Shown: piece by piece, positions 37,463 through 49,517 of the stretch
Position numbering within the stretch: the first letter of the stretch is position 1
Layout: every line of letters begins with the position of its first letter
DNA from: Callorhinchus milii
Lineage: Eukaryota
DNA: 64,000 nt
Assembly (NCBI RefSeq): GCF_018977255.1
Contig: NW_024704745.1
Location: forward strand, 51,522,001 to 51,586,000
Direction: 5' to 3'
The notes under the pieces: generated by a model
Databases searched by the model: none
What the model was told of the DNA's origin: nothing
What the model saw: the letters and a program-made list of their open reading frames with translations, nothing else
Translations under genes and position numbers: made by a program

Positions 37463-38689
37463 CTACAGAAAACAAACCGGTTTTCATCATATCATTTTGC
37501 ACCAACAAAAGATAATAAAAAAGAAATTGACGTACACACATTTACTAAAAGGCTTGTGCTTTAAAATCTCTTGAGGTGTTCAATAGCAAGTCTTGATGTA
37601 ACTCCATGTGATCTCAGATGCTTCCCAAATTTGATTACTTTGATCAAAATTTCTATTAATGTGACAGAAAACAAAACTTACCACTTTGCAATATCTAAGC
37701 AATCAGCTTATTTCTAGAAAAGTTTTAGTTGGAAATGAAACTGAATATGATTGTTTTTAGCAATATAAATTAGCTCAATTTGTTTTAAATTGATATCAGT
37801 TATACCAATCTGCCTTCCTACTCCATTCCTCATTCCTTTTTCTTTATTATGCTCATTATCTACATAAATCTTTCTTATCCCCACCAGCTTCTCCCCAGAC
37901 ACCTCCAAGTTTCTAAGTTTTGCCTTTTCTTCTATTTCTTCCCTTTCTCGATCAATGTTACTCTTTTTCCAATGAGGCTTTCTCAATTTGGTTTTCCTTC
38001 CCCTTGTTGCTTTTAAAACTATTTAAGTAATGCGTATCTAATAGATAATTAGAGGAAATATATTATTAAAGGATGTGAGAAACGTGTAAAGGAATTAGTT
38101 TAGGCTAGATAGCTCCAGCGGGGTAGTTAGAACCAGGAATATTATACAACGGGCTGATAGTTTCTTTCTGTGCTACAAATTTTACAGTTCTAATATATAG
38201 GCCTGTTTTTAAAAGGATAACATGCTCCTCAAAGGAAGATAATCAAAGTTACACATTGTAATTAAGAATGGTTTCCTCAGGGAAACATTGTCCCTTAATA
38301 AAAAGGCCCAACCAAGCTTACAAAACCAAGCTTGCTGCAGTGCACCATGCAATATTGTACACCAAATCAATGCATGTTTCTAAATAGGTAGAAATTAATA
38401 TTTATAAATGCATTAAATATGTAACTTTTAGAGGAAAAAAATTATTTGCTACTTAACAAACAGAAACAAAATATTTTATGACATTAGGCATTAACATTCC
38501 CCCACAAAATACACAACTTTACAGTATATCCTGCGGAACGCTTTGACACATCTCAATGACATGATAAGGCATTATATCAAATACAAGTATTAACATTATT
38601 ATTATTATTATTGTATCATGAATCTAAAGAAATTGTATTCAAATCTTAACATATTTACTGCCATCTTCCGGTGAAATTAGGAAATGAGC

Positions 38690-38960
38690 AGATATTATCT
38701 GTTCTTCAGATGAAACGTTAAATCAAGGCCCCAGCTGACCATGCTGCTGATTTAATTGGATGTTAAAGAGCCCATGGCAATATTTCAAAGAACAACAGAG
38801 TTATTCTGGTTTCCTGGATCATATAATTTCCAAAACACATTAATTGGTTATTTATCTCATTGGTGTTTGTGATACACTGTTGGGCACAGATTAACTGTAT
38901 TAACAACAGTCAGTACATTTCAAAGCAAATCACTGTTTGTAAAGTTCTGAGAAGTTTTGA
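38690..38960 (+). mobile_element. Old DeuSINE-like fragment
   Basis: cttcagatgaaacgttaaatcaaggcccc...gatgttaaagagcccatggca...ctcattggtgtttgtg resembles the recalled Deu domain of AmnSINE1/SacSINE1. Confidence 0.6.
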
Positions 38961-39762
38961 CAATCTTACCCAACCTAACCCTAAACCTGACAAGATGCCA
39001 AAGTATCATTTTTAGAATACCTACTGATGAGACTATTAAGCGATTAAGCATCAAACTCAGTAAATAGTAAATGCTTGGGTTGGGATTATTCCTTGATAAG
39101 AATTACCTTAGAACAGGTCAACAACAAGATGCATTTTAAACTATGTGTCAGTTATTTCAGCTCTCCAAGATACTGCCCTTTGTGAATGGTTGTTATTGCT
39201 GTAAAGTTCAAAACATATCAAGTGCTAATTCTACAATTTCCCTCCTATTCATATCCACCCAAATTATCATTTTCCAGAAACAATGGCACAGGTGACCTTG
39301 GTGTAGAGAGGAGTAAAATCAGCCAGGACCCTGCTCATGCTCCCTATCTAGTGACTCTGAATAAAACAAATTTGTGGATGTTGGTTGGGGAGGCTCAGAG
39401 TTGATTGTGCAACCAAAATAGACATTTCAACACAATAATGTACTATTATCAGTCATTATTATTTGAATTCATTGTAATATTGTTTTACGAGATTGACATT
39501 ATCCTTACAATTAACAAGTGCAGTACCATATATTTATAGTCCTGGGCTGAATGAAAAAAATGTTATCAGTTGATAAACGTATCGCACACAAGCAAATGAG
39601 TTGCTCATTTTAGTCCCTGCATAAACGTGTGCTCAACCATCTGCACAGCAGTAGGATGAAGTAAAAGGTTGAACATATTTAACTAATTTGTGAAATTCAA
39701 CATTTAATGGAAAATAAAATTGTTTACCACAGACCTATAAATTTACATCATTAAAACATTAC

Positions 39763-39897
39763 CTTTGCTACTTCCCAGGGGTGAATAGGCCACCATTGTG
39801 GCTTGCAGTTGCCCCAGTATATTATACCATTTTGATGTGTATGGTGTCTCAGAATTTCCTTTTTCCATTCTTCACACAACCAGCAAGCCTACTGAAA
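39763..39897 (-). CDS. CXorf38: CXorf38 homologue exon 2 (in-frame TAG at codon 3 if the ancestral acceptor is used)
   Basis: ttttcag| [44 protein letters not shown] |gtaatg, 135 nt; human FQPQCQVCAEWKREILRHH...WGNC...WEVAK. Confidence 0.9.
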
Positions 39898-40459
39898 CTG
39901 AAAACATAACACATTTTAAAAGTTATCTGCAACTCTGCTACCCCCCGAGTGAAGGGCAACATTATAAATGCAAGTTGTTTGATACTATTTCAACTGCGAC
40001 GTAAGATGGTAAACAGAGCAACTTGTGTACAACTCGCAAAGTCATATTGCGCTTAGCAGTGAACTCGCAACACCCCAAACTTCCAGCTTCCCATTAGAGA
40101 TGTCCTCTATAGAAAAAAAATACAACTTATTTAAAGATCATAAGACTCATCGGCCATACTCTGATTTGAGGAGAGCTGCCCTTTCAGTCCTTTTAACCGC
40201 AGGGCATTCCGCACCTCTGCCCCACACTCTGGACCTCCATCAAATAACCCCACCACCTCACCCCCTGCCTCGCCTCTAAAGACCTTCTTCTTCGACCGTG
40301 CTTTTGGGCCCCAAACCCCTGCCTCTCCAGCGCCCCTGGGGGGTGAATTGCAAGTGCAAGTTGCTATCGTTGTTGTTGCTGTTGGTGCGGTGGGTTGGAA
40401 ATCACTTCCCCGCAGGAACGCTCTGCGGGGCGACGCAATCCTGCTTCCCGTGGGCTGAC

Positions 40460-40735
40460 CTCGGTGGGCCGGGGTCTGCAGGCAGTCGCGCAGGAGGCTC
40501 GGCGCAGGGTGGGGTTGCGGTGCAGGATGGAGCCGTGGAAGCGGCGGATCTCCGCTCTGACGAAGCTCAGCAGACAGTCGCGCAGCTGCTGCAGACACCA
40601 CCCCGCCTTCAGCCGGCGCGGGTACCCCGCCTTCAGCCGGCGCGGGTACCCCGCCTTCAGCCGGCGCGGGTACCCCGCCTTCAGCCGGCGCGGGTACCCC
40701 GCCGCGTGCAGGCGGACACCCAGCTCCGCCAGCAT
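40460..40735 (-). CDS. CXorf38: CXorf38 homologue exon 1
   Basis: MLAELGVRLHAAG(YPRRLKAG)x4 WCLQQLRDCLLSFVRAEIRRFH...CRPRPTE |gtcagc, 276 nt; human [32 protein letters not shown]; syntenic position between ATP6AP2 and MED14. Confidence 0.9.
40601..40703. repeat. Perfect 24-bp coding minisatellite, 4.3 copies
   Basis: (ccccgccttcagccggcgcgggta)x4 + ccccgcc. Confidence 0.98.
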
Positions 40736-41235
40736 CGCGGCTCCCTGAAGGATGACGTCAGGCCTTTTTGGGACGTCCTCCCGACATGAAGGGCGCTCTA
40801 TAAATGGAATCTTGTTGTTGTTGTTGTTGTTGCTTTCCCGGTCCCGGGGCTGCGCGAGGCTCGGGAGCAGCTCCAGGAAGCAGCGCGGACAGAAGTGACG
40901 CCACGTCTGTAGCCCAAAACCCGCCCAAAACAGTGCGTCCGCCCTCCGCCGAGCAGCGGGAGACCCCCGGTTCAGGTCTCTCAATGCTTTTCAAGCAAAA
41001 AGAAAAAAAAAAAGGGGGTCTTCAAAAGGGAAACAACAGGTGTTTGGAGGGGTTCAAACGATTGCAATTTAAATTTTAAAAAATGGTGCGCCCGCCCGCA
41101 ACCCGCGCGTTAAACGCACGGCAACAGTAAAAACCCGCCCAATCGGGCGTGAAGCCGCCCAACTCCCCCGCCCACACTGCCAGTCCAGGCATTTCCGCGC
41201 ACGCGCTCTGCCTCCTTGTGAGCCAGGGAGGAGGG

Positions 41236-41384
41236 ATAATAATAATAATAATCCTTGCATTTGATATAGCGCTTTTCACGTCGGGAGAACGTCCCAAAGC
41301 GCTTCACAGAATATACTGTAAAGTGAATTGACTGTATATTTGTGGGCGAACGCGGCAGCCAATTGCGCACAGCAATGTCCCACA
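41236..41384 (-). mobile_element. 5'-truncated SINE copy
   Basis: 3' half of the SINE body with (ATT)n tail and well-preserved CpGs. Confidence 0.88.
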
Positions 41385-41882
41385 TGTGTCCCCTGTCCCA
41401 GGGTTTCTGCTCTGGGCTCCACAAGCTCAGCCCCCACTCCAGACCCAATTCCATTTTTCGAACATTTCAGAGTGTGCAGAATTTTTTTTTTTTTTTTTTT
41501 ACACACACACCCACACGCACACTCTTAAATGCAGTCTTGATTTTTTTTTTCGCGGTGGCGGGAGGGAGGGTGGAAGTGGGAGGGGGCCGGGCGGCGGGGT
41601 GTCTGAGACGCGTGTCAATGCGTGGCCATCACCATGCTTAAGAGTATCCCAACCAGAGTTTCCCACCCCCCCCCGCATCTCACCAATGAAAAGGTTTGGT
41701 TTGGTGTGGATACTCTTTTAAGCAAGGTGATGGGTTTCCGCACCACCCCTCCCCCATTCCCGGGCTCGACTGTTCGGTGCTTTGGCACGTCCTCCCAACG
41801 TGAGAGGGAATTAATGTCATTTTGTTGTTGTTCATATGTCAGACAACTAAAAATCCTTGCATTTTATCCAGCGCATTGTCAT

Positions 41883-42300
41883 AACAACAACTTGCATTTA
41901 TATAGAGCCCTTCCCGCGAGGTAGCGTCCCAGAGCCCTTCACAGTGGCGGAGTCTGACCCGGAGTGAGGAGAAGAGGGAGGGGGGAGGTGACCGTAATCA
42001 CGATCAAAAAGTCTTTAGGCGGGATTTGAAGGTGGGGAGGAAGGGGCAACGAGGAGGGATTGAGGGAGAAAGTTCCAGAGTATCGGGGGTGTAGTGGCTG
42101 AAGGCACGGCCGCCGATGATGGAACGAAGGGCATAAGGGACAAATCGGAGGACGGAGCCACCCAAGCAGAGGCAGCGGACGGTGGAATGGGGGGTGTGGG
42201 GGTAGGCAAGTTGGTTAGGTAGGGAGGTGTGAGGGAATTAAGTGATTTGAAAAAGAGAGGACCTTAAAATTGATCCATTCGGTGATTGGGAGTCACGTCA
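41883..42300 (-). mobile_element. L2 LINE 3' fragment
   Basis: (CAA)n tail, stem-loop, minus-strand ILWNFLPQSL. Confidence 0.8.
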
Positions 42301-42626
42301 GTGGAGCCTGGCAAGAACTGGTGTGATGGGTCTACGGCGTTTTGTGATCATGTCGTTGAGATACCCCAAAGCACTTCACAGGATATACTGTAAAGTGAAT
42401 TGCCTGTATTTTGTGGGCAAAACGCAGCACCCAATTGCGCACAGCAGCGTCCCATAAACAGTCCTGGATTGACTGACCAAATTTTTTTTATATAAAAGGA
42501 TTATTACCCATCCAGAAAGCAATCCCCCAAATCCCCGGGAAATTTGAATGCACATTTTGTACCCTGGGGTCAATCAAGTGCTTTGCTATTAGGCCTTCAG
42601 TTTAGTAATTACACAGGAAGTTAAAC

Positions 42627-42990
42627 AATAATAATCCTTGCATTTGATATAGCGCCTTATCACGTCTTCGAGACGTCTCAAAGTGGCTTCACAGAATAGA
42701 ATGTAAAGTGAATTGACTATATATTTTGTGGAAGAAAAGCGGCAGCAAATTGCACACAGCAGTGTCCCACAAACAGTCATGGATTGAGAGACCAGTTTTT
42801 TTTTTGGAAGATTATTACCCCCGGAGAAATGATCCACCAATCAACCAACAACCGGGTTCGAACTTACTGCTTGGCAAACAGAGGTATGTGGAGTAAGGAA
42901 ACTTACCCAACATTTGCCCCTGCCGGGAATTGAACCCAGGTCTATGTCTTGCGAGGCGAGTGCTCTAACCACTGAGCTACAGGACTCCAC
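42627..42990 (-). mobile_element. tRNA-derived SINE, long subfamily
   Basis: Full head-to-tail copy including the internal ~60-bp segment. Confidence 0.9.
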
Positions 42991-43689
42991 GTAAATCGCT
43001 GAAACGCATATTTTTTTTTGAAGGATGGAGGGAGGGAAAAATGAGAGTCTGAGCGTGTTCATTTTGAAGCCAGTTTTCTGCAGTATTTTTAAAAAAAAAC
43101 CTGCTCCTAAATTTTCAGTCTTAGACCCGTTAGGAAATACCTGCCTTCAGGCATATTATACAACAGCAACTTTATAATTTTCAAAAAAGGAAAAACAAAA
43201 AGACTATTAGATGGCAGTAACCAGATAATGTGACAAAAAAATGGGGAAATGCATTTACAGTTGGATCCAATGTAAAACTCAAAATTAGGGAAACGTTAGC
43301 TTTGAAAAAAGACCCCAGCAAACAATTCAGACACATTGAAGCATAAAGAAGCAATGAGAATTTGGAACAATTACAATTTTAAAGGAAATAGCTGAAATTA
43401 GTTGACATGCCAGTGCAGTACTAGGCTACATTAAGAATTGCCATCCTTGAGATCTCTGATGAGGCGTGACCAGAGATTTCAACTGTATGTTGTGGTGGGG
43501 GGCGCAGGGAGAGAGTAAAGATTTTTGAAGAAAATGTGCATTTAAATATTATATGTAATATTAGCCAACACTGAGTCACACAATAGTAAAATGTTTGAAC
43601 GTTTTGATGTTTATAGGCACCGCATCAAAAACACGGCTCATTTAACTTTTCCCACTCATGGACTTTCCAATCAAGAGCAGAACAGCATA

Positions 43690-44069
43690 CCTCTAAGATG
43701 CAGCTCAGTATTCTACCACAACCAGATGCACAACAACCAAAGTGATTCGACTTCCAAGATCCTCACATTTGTTTTCAACCACCTGGTGCCTCCGCTCGAC
43801 TCGTACCGGTCTCTTGCTTGTCCTCGCGCCCTCCGCTCCACCATTGGAGGTCGCACATTCAGCCACTACACCCCGAAACTCTGGAACACTCTCCCTCAAT
43901 CTCTCCACCTTGCTCCCTCTCTCCCCCTTTTCAAGTCCCGCCTGAAAACCTTCCTTTTCAACCGTGCTTACAGTCACCTCCCCAATACGGAGTCAGGCTC
44001 CGCCACGGTTAAGCGCTCTGAGACGCTACCCTGCACGGAGGGTGCTGTATAAGTGCAACTTGTTGTTGT
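43690..44069 (+). mobile_element. L2 LINE 3' fragment
   Basis: STIGGRTFSHYTPKLWNTLPQSL...FKSRLKTFLF, stem-loop, (TTG)n. Confidence 0.88.
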
Positions 44070-45467
44070 GCTCCCTAATAGAGTTGCTTACCAATCAGTT
44101 TAACACACCAATACATGTAAAGCTCAAATATGTATTGGAACCTTGTTTTGATATTTTTAGAAGTCTCTTTATTGCATTGTAAAATTTCAAAATAAACCTA
44201 GACTGCATAGGTGACAATACAATTCTTTTAATACTTTAGATTTCTGTAGGTCACCAGAAACGCTCACCTCTGTAGATTGAACAAACTGAATGCCCCCCAC
44301 TATTATCACAATAGTAAAGCTATTAATAAATCAGGATAGATTTAATCCTGAAGATTTCACTTAATTGAAAATAAATATTAAGGAATTAAAAAGAATTAAA
44401 TATTTCACTGGTCCTCCCATCATTTCTCTTTCTGTCTTTTAAAATTTGAACATAATTTTTATTCTTTTAACAGTTTACTTTTCTAATTGCTTTTTCTCAG
44501 ACTTAAAACTACATTTTCCTTTTGTCTTCCAATATCTTGCTCCTGCCATCCATTTGCTGCAAATGCAGTCACTACTCTTAACTATCAATACTGTGAAATG
44601 CTGATAATATTTTGATGCAATAAGGCGCTATATCAAATGCAAAGAATATTATTCAAGAGATTGGAACTTTTTTTTCAAAATATTTTTTCACTGAATGGCA
44701 ACTTCAAAGGCAGCTTTGCCGAAGACGAAAAAGGCAGGTTCTCAATATCCAAATGACTGCATCACAACTACACATCTGGTGTAATACTCATTTCAAAACT
44801 TGGTAAGACAAATATTTGAACTATTACAGAAAATAAAGTAGATACAATGAGTGGTATTTTATCTGCTCGTTTATTAAATATTGCTTCCGAGTCAATAGGA
44901 CCTAACGACTCAAATTTTATGTAAAGATTTAAAGCAGTCATAATAAAATACAACTCCATTACTTTAAAGTTTATCACAGTTTTACATTACAATAACCATC
45001 AATGTAACAAATAGGTTTAAGAAAAAAAACTTAAGCTATTATGCCACAACATAGGAAAATTGACACATTTACATTCTCAAAATAAAACAAAAAAAATCAA
45101 AATGTTGGCATCTTCATAATCTAATTATCTTCTCATACATATTATAACAAAGATTAAATCTAAGTCAACAAGATGACCAGTAAAAGGAATCTCACTGGAG
45201 ATTTAATTTTTTCTTGAAATGCAGTTTTCCAAAATACAATATATATATATAACAGCAGGTAAACAAAGCGATGAAAAATTGATGAAAGAAGTGCATCCCT
45301 GAAAAATAACTTTAATGGATCATGCTCTTTTTAAGTCACTTTAGAGCATGAATCTCACGATTCATAATCCTGTTTTGCATCAAACACTGTTACTTTTATA
45401 ACTCATCCATTGAGCTTCAGTCATTTTTTTTCTCTGTTCTGAGAACCCCATAAGGCAGATTGTAGTG

Positions 45468-45541
45468 TTACTGTCGACCCCCAGGGGGCAGTGATAGATT
45501 TGCCATCAAGTCCCGCACCGCTGCAAAGATTGTGCAGTCAC
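45468..45541 (-). CDS. MED14: MED14 last coding exon
   Basis: ttttcag| (G)DCTIFAAVRDLMANLSLPPGGRQ*. Confidence 0.96.
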
Positions 45542-46462
45542 CTGAAAAGGTGTCACAGAAAATACAGGAGATCACAAGTCGATAAAGATGTCAAACAAAA
45601 TAATTCACAACAAGGTCATTTTTATATCCTCCAAGATGTACTCTTTATAGTAGTGGCAGGGGTTGCTATTTGAGCAGCAAGCAAAGCTAAAATAAAACAA
45701 GTGGGTGGTCCAAAAACTATGGTAGATTCCACCAGAGATTCAAATTTTATTTGCCATCTCCAGTGATACTTGTTTTAGAAATCTTTGCTGTATTATTTGT
45801 TTGGAAATAAATATTCCTTCAGCTGCAAATAAATGGGTTTCTGAGTAAGTAAACCCATTATTCTTGATGCTAGAAAACTGCCATTTTGTCTTAAAATAAA
45901 AAAAACACATTTCTGGATAATCATACAGGAAGAAAAATAACTTCCATAACAGTTTTCATGAAGGGCTTTCACGTGGATGTAACAACGCAGCATAGGGTAC
46001 AGGTTTTGATGAATGAGAAAAGGAAGGGGGAAGGAGAGGGAGAGAAAGAAAACACACCCACAAAATAGTCAATCCACTTTACAATCTATCCTGTGAAGTG
46101 CTTTGAGATGTCTTGATGACATGATAAGGCGCTATATCAAATGCAAGGATGAGTATTATAAAGAAAGACGTATGGATACGCCTGGCAGGTTTGATGGTTT
46201 TCACCGTGTTTTGTATTGTCTTTAGAGCTTTCTATTCAGTCATCCTGCAGTTAAAAATAAATCACTGTTTCCCAATTGGAAGAATGCTTCCCACACATTT
46301 TAATAAATATAAGAAACATATTTTGGAGTTGGACTGATTTCACAGGCTTGGGTTTACCCTTTTTTACGGTCAGCCAGGCCGGTTTGAGAGATGCGGAAAC
46401 AATGCTCAAGAGTATCTAAACCAAACTGAGAATTCGACCTATACATGGAAATGTTGGTTTAC

Positions 46463-46652
46463 CTTGCTGTGGCTGATGTACCTCTGCAAACCTCCTCAGA
46501 ATGTTGCTAACCATCGAAGCAGCTGCACCCGATGTATTTTGTGGCCGAGGAATGTCGGCTTGCTGGGTTGTCCCTGTTGCCATGTCATAGACAATTGGCA
46601 CAATTATGCTGATCGGTTCCTGTGGCACCGTCAGTCGCTGCGTGAGCTGGAG
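46463..46652 (-). CDS. MED14: MED14 exon
   Basis: LQLTQRLTVPQEPISIIVPIVYDMATGTTQQADIPRPQ...NILRRFAEVHQPQQ; ag/gt, 190 nt. Confidence 0.96.
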
Positions 46653-47110
46653 CTAAGAGAAGAAAAGGAGACAAAGAAAAGTACTTTGAACTTTGGAATC
46701 ACCAATACAGAGGATTCAGAAATTAGCTCATTTAGTTTTCCTTCCAATTTTTCCATAAAAAAATGATTAAAGTGCTTTAAGACATTTCAACATATAAGCC
46801 AAGTTTCAGCAAGTTCTTTGTTTGTTCCATCATGGTCTGTGGCTAGAACAGATTTGTATGGAAAGAAAAGGCGTTTGATTCAGGAAATGATTAACCAGAA
46901 GATTCTCAGCGAGGTCTTCTTCCCATTTTAAAACAATAATATAAGAATCCTTGCTTTAGGAGGAGGTCTCAAAGCAATTCACTGAATGTATTGGTGGTCA
47001 CTGCTATAAAATATATTTCACCTACAAAATAAAGTCACTACAATTAACTTTATGATACTATTGTTCAAATGACAAGTTAAATTAATCTCCTTATAACTGA
47101 CCATCAATAA

Positions 47111-47408
47111 CAATACACAAAATACTGCAGATGCTGGAAATCATTTTTTACAAAACCCTCCCCCTTTTGTTTTACCCACCATCAACTCTTTAACCCATCA
47201 ACTAACACATTCTCTCCTTTGTCTTTTTTTTGTCCTCTTTGTCTTCCTTGTCCTGCCTCCCCCTCTCAACTTGTCCTTAAAAACCTCTCCCTCCCAACAT
47301 GCCCCAGTTCTGACGAAGGGTCGTGGACCCAAAACGTTGACTCACTTTCCTTTCTCCATAGATGCTGCCTGACCTATTGAGTTTTCCTAGCTCTCTCTGG
47401 TTTTGTTT
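47111..47408 (+). mobile_element. Penelope-like element remnant with inverted 5' piece and hammerhead-like core
   Basis: Inverted terminal piece aaaatactgcagatgctggaaatc at left; agttCTGACGAagggtcgtggacccAAAAcgttgact core; flanked by catcaataa direct repeats (47102-47110, 47409-47417). Confidence 0.7.
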
Positions 47409-47651
47409 CATCAATAATAGCTCATTATCGATACAACAACAACAGATTATATTTTTATAGAGCCTTTCACGTCAGGAAGACGTCCCAAGGCGCTGGACAG
47501 TCAGGGATCCGCTCCTGAGCAGGGGGTTGGGATCAGGAGCGGTGGAGGGTAAGGAGGGCACGGGTAGGAGGGTGACAGTAGGTACGGTCAAAGAGGAGGG
47601 TTTTGAGACGGAACCTTATAATCTCAAAGGAAACAAGGGTTTACTACTTAC

Positions 47652-47777
47652 AAAAAACAGCATCTTGGATTTTAAAACCACAGCAGGTGTTCCTGGAGGA
47701 GCTATTGGTGGAGCACTGGGGGGAATTGTCAAACAGAATTGCACATTCCACCTCAGCTGGGCAGCCTGATCTGGAAA
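47652..47777 (-). CDS. MED14: MED14 exon
   Basis: [42 protein letters not shown]; 126 nt. Confidence 0.97.
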
Positions 47778-48119
47778 CTAGAGAGCACGTTAAACTCTTT
47801 TACTCAGTTCCCTTCAAATTTTCTTATAATACAACACAAATTTATATTTATAAGGGCAGAACGACTAAAAGTCCGCCCACTACTGTTCTTGAAATCAAAT
47901 GGATAAAATGAGGCATTTTGAATAACTATTATAGAATATTTTTGGCACAACAATTAGCTAATATGCAACAGTCTAACCAATATTTTCACTGACAATAATT
48001 ATAGCAAATTATAAAAAGCATTACTTTGTTATCATTCACAAGTCTAAAGCATGGTGTTGAAATTAACATTTAAGACAAATCTATGCCTTCATTTTGTTTT
48101 AGTAAAACTGGACATAACA

Positions 48120-49000
48120 GAACAACAAAATAACATTTGTATAACACCTTTCACGTTGGGAGAACGTGCCAAGGCGCTGGACAGACAGAGTTTCGGTCCC
48201 GAGCTGGAGATCAGGGTCAGGGAGGGCAAAGGGGGAAGCAGGGAGATCGAAAGCATGGTCGAAGAGGAGGGTCTTGAGGTGGGTCTTGGTGGCAAGGGAG
48301 GGGGCGAGGTGGAGGGACTGCGGGATGGAGTTCCACAGGGTGGGGGCAGAGTGGCAGAAGGCCCGCCTGCCAATCGTGGGGCGAGCGAGGTGGGGGACGT
48401 GAAGCAGGCCGGAGTCCGCTGAGCAGAGGGAGTGAGCGGGATGGTAGGGGGTTAAGAGGTCGCAGAAGTGGGGGGGGGGGGGAGTAAGACCTTGGAGGGC
48501 TTTGAAGGTGAGGACTAGGATCTTGAACTGTATGATAGGAAGCCAGTGGAGTCGGGCGAGGATGGGGGTGATAGGGTCATGGAGCCTGGTGGGAGAGAGG
48601 ACACGAATTGCAGAGTTCTGGATGATCTGCAGCCTGTGGAGGGAGGAGTTGGGGAGGACGACTAGCAATGAGTTTGCATAGTCAAACCTTGAATTAATGA
48701 AAGCATGTATGAGGGTTTTGGCGGCCTGCGGTGTGAGACAGTAGCGGAGCCGGGTGATGTTGCGAAGGTGGGGGAAGGCAGAGGGGGTCATGGCGCAGAT
48801 GTGGGGAAGAAAGGTTAGTTGAGAATCAAAAAGATGCCAAGGTTCAGGATTGGTTTAAGTACACGCATTTGTGTGTGCAACCATGGATGGTGATGTTGTC
48901 AGTGCCTGAGGTGAGGAGGCGCTGACGGAAGACAATCAGGAGAGCCTCAGTCTTGTTGACGTTCAACTGAAGAAAATTAGCTCTCATCCAGGACTTGATG
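48120..49000 (-). mobile_element. L2 LINE 3' ~0.9-kb fragment in a MED14 intron
   Basis: NFLQLNVNKTEALL, HLRNITRLRYCLTPQAAKTLIHAF, LHWLP, TLWNSIP. Confidence 0.92.
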
Positions 49001-49517
49001 AGAAGAGATTTGCTAAATTTATACTGTGAGGTACTGTCACACGACAAGGCCAAATAGGTACTGACAACATAAAAGACATCCAACCAAGCTTAAGCGTTGG
49101 ATTGCAATGCTTTTTGTTTGTATGAGTATTTAGAAGCAGAGTTAAAGAACAAATCTGAATGGCACACCTTAACTCCCCTAGCTTTATTTAAAAAACTATA
49201 ACAGGCATGGTGATATATTGCTTTTTTAGGAAATAAAAGATTGTTGAGTTCAATTTGACTTAATAAATATTCCCTAGAGTTCAAAAATATTCTTCTAATG
49301 AAGCAATTTCACATTGCTACTATTGAACTTGCACCACAAATAGCCACATCTGCCAAAATTTAAATAGCTTTATTATAAATACCACAGCACGTTTTGTAAA
49401 AGGCCTCTTATTTCATTGAACAGAGAAAAGATCAGTCTGATTCAACATATTAAATGGACAAGAGTGATCTTTTCTTATGTTTCTGTGAACAGTCTGATTC
49501 AGGGGAAGGGGAGAGAG

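Larger units (their letters stand above)
40380..41230. promoter_or_regulatory. CpG island / promoter of the CXorf38 homologue
   Basis: High GC and CpG density over exon 1 and upstream; full CRE TGACGTCA at 40753-40760; several GC boxes. Confidence 0.8.

Noticed and set aside
40601-40703. Regular repeat array resembling CRISPR
   Set aside because: No spacers, eukaryotic context, and it lies in a coding exon.
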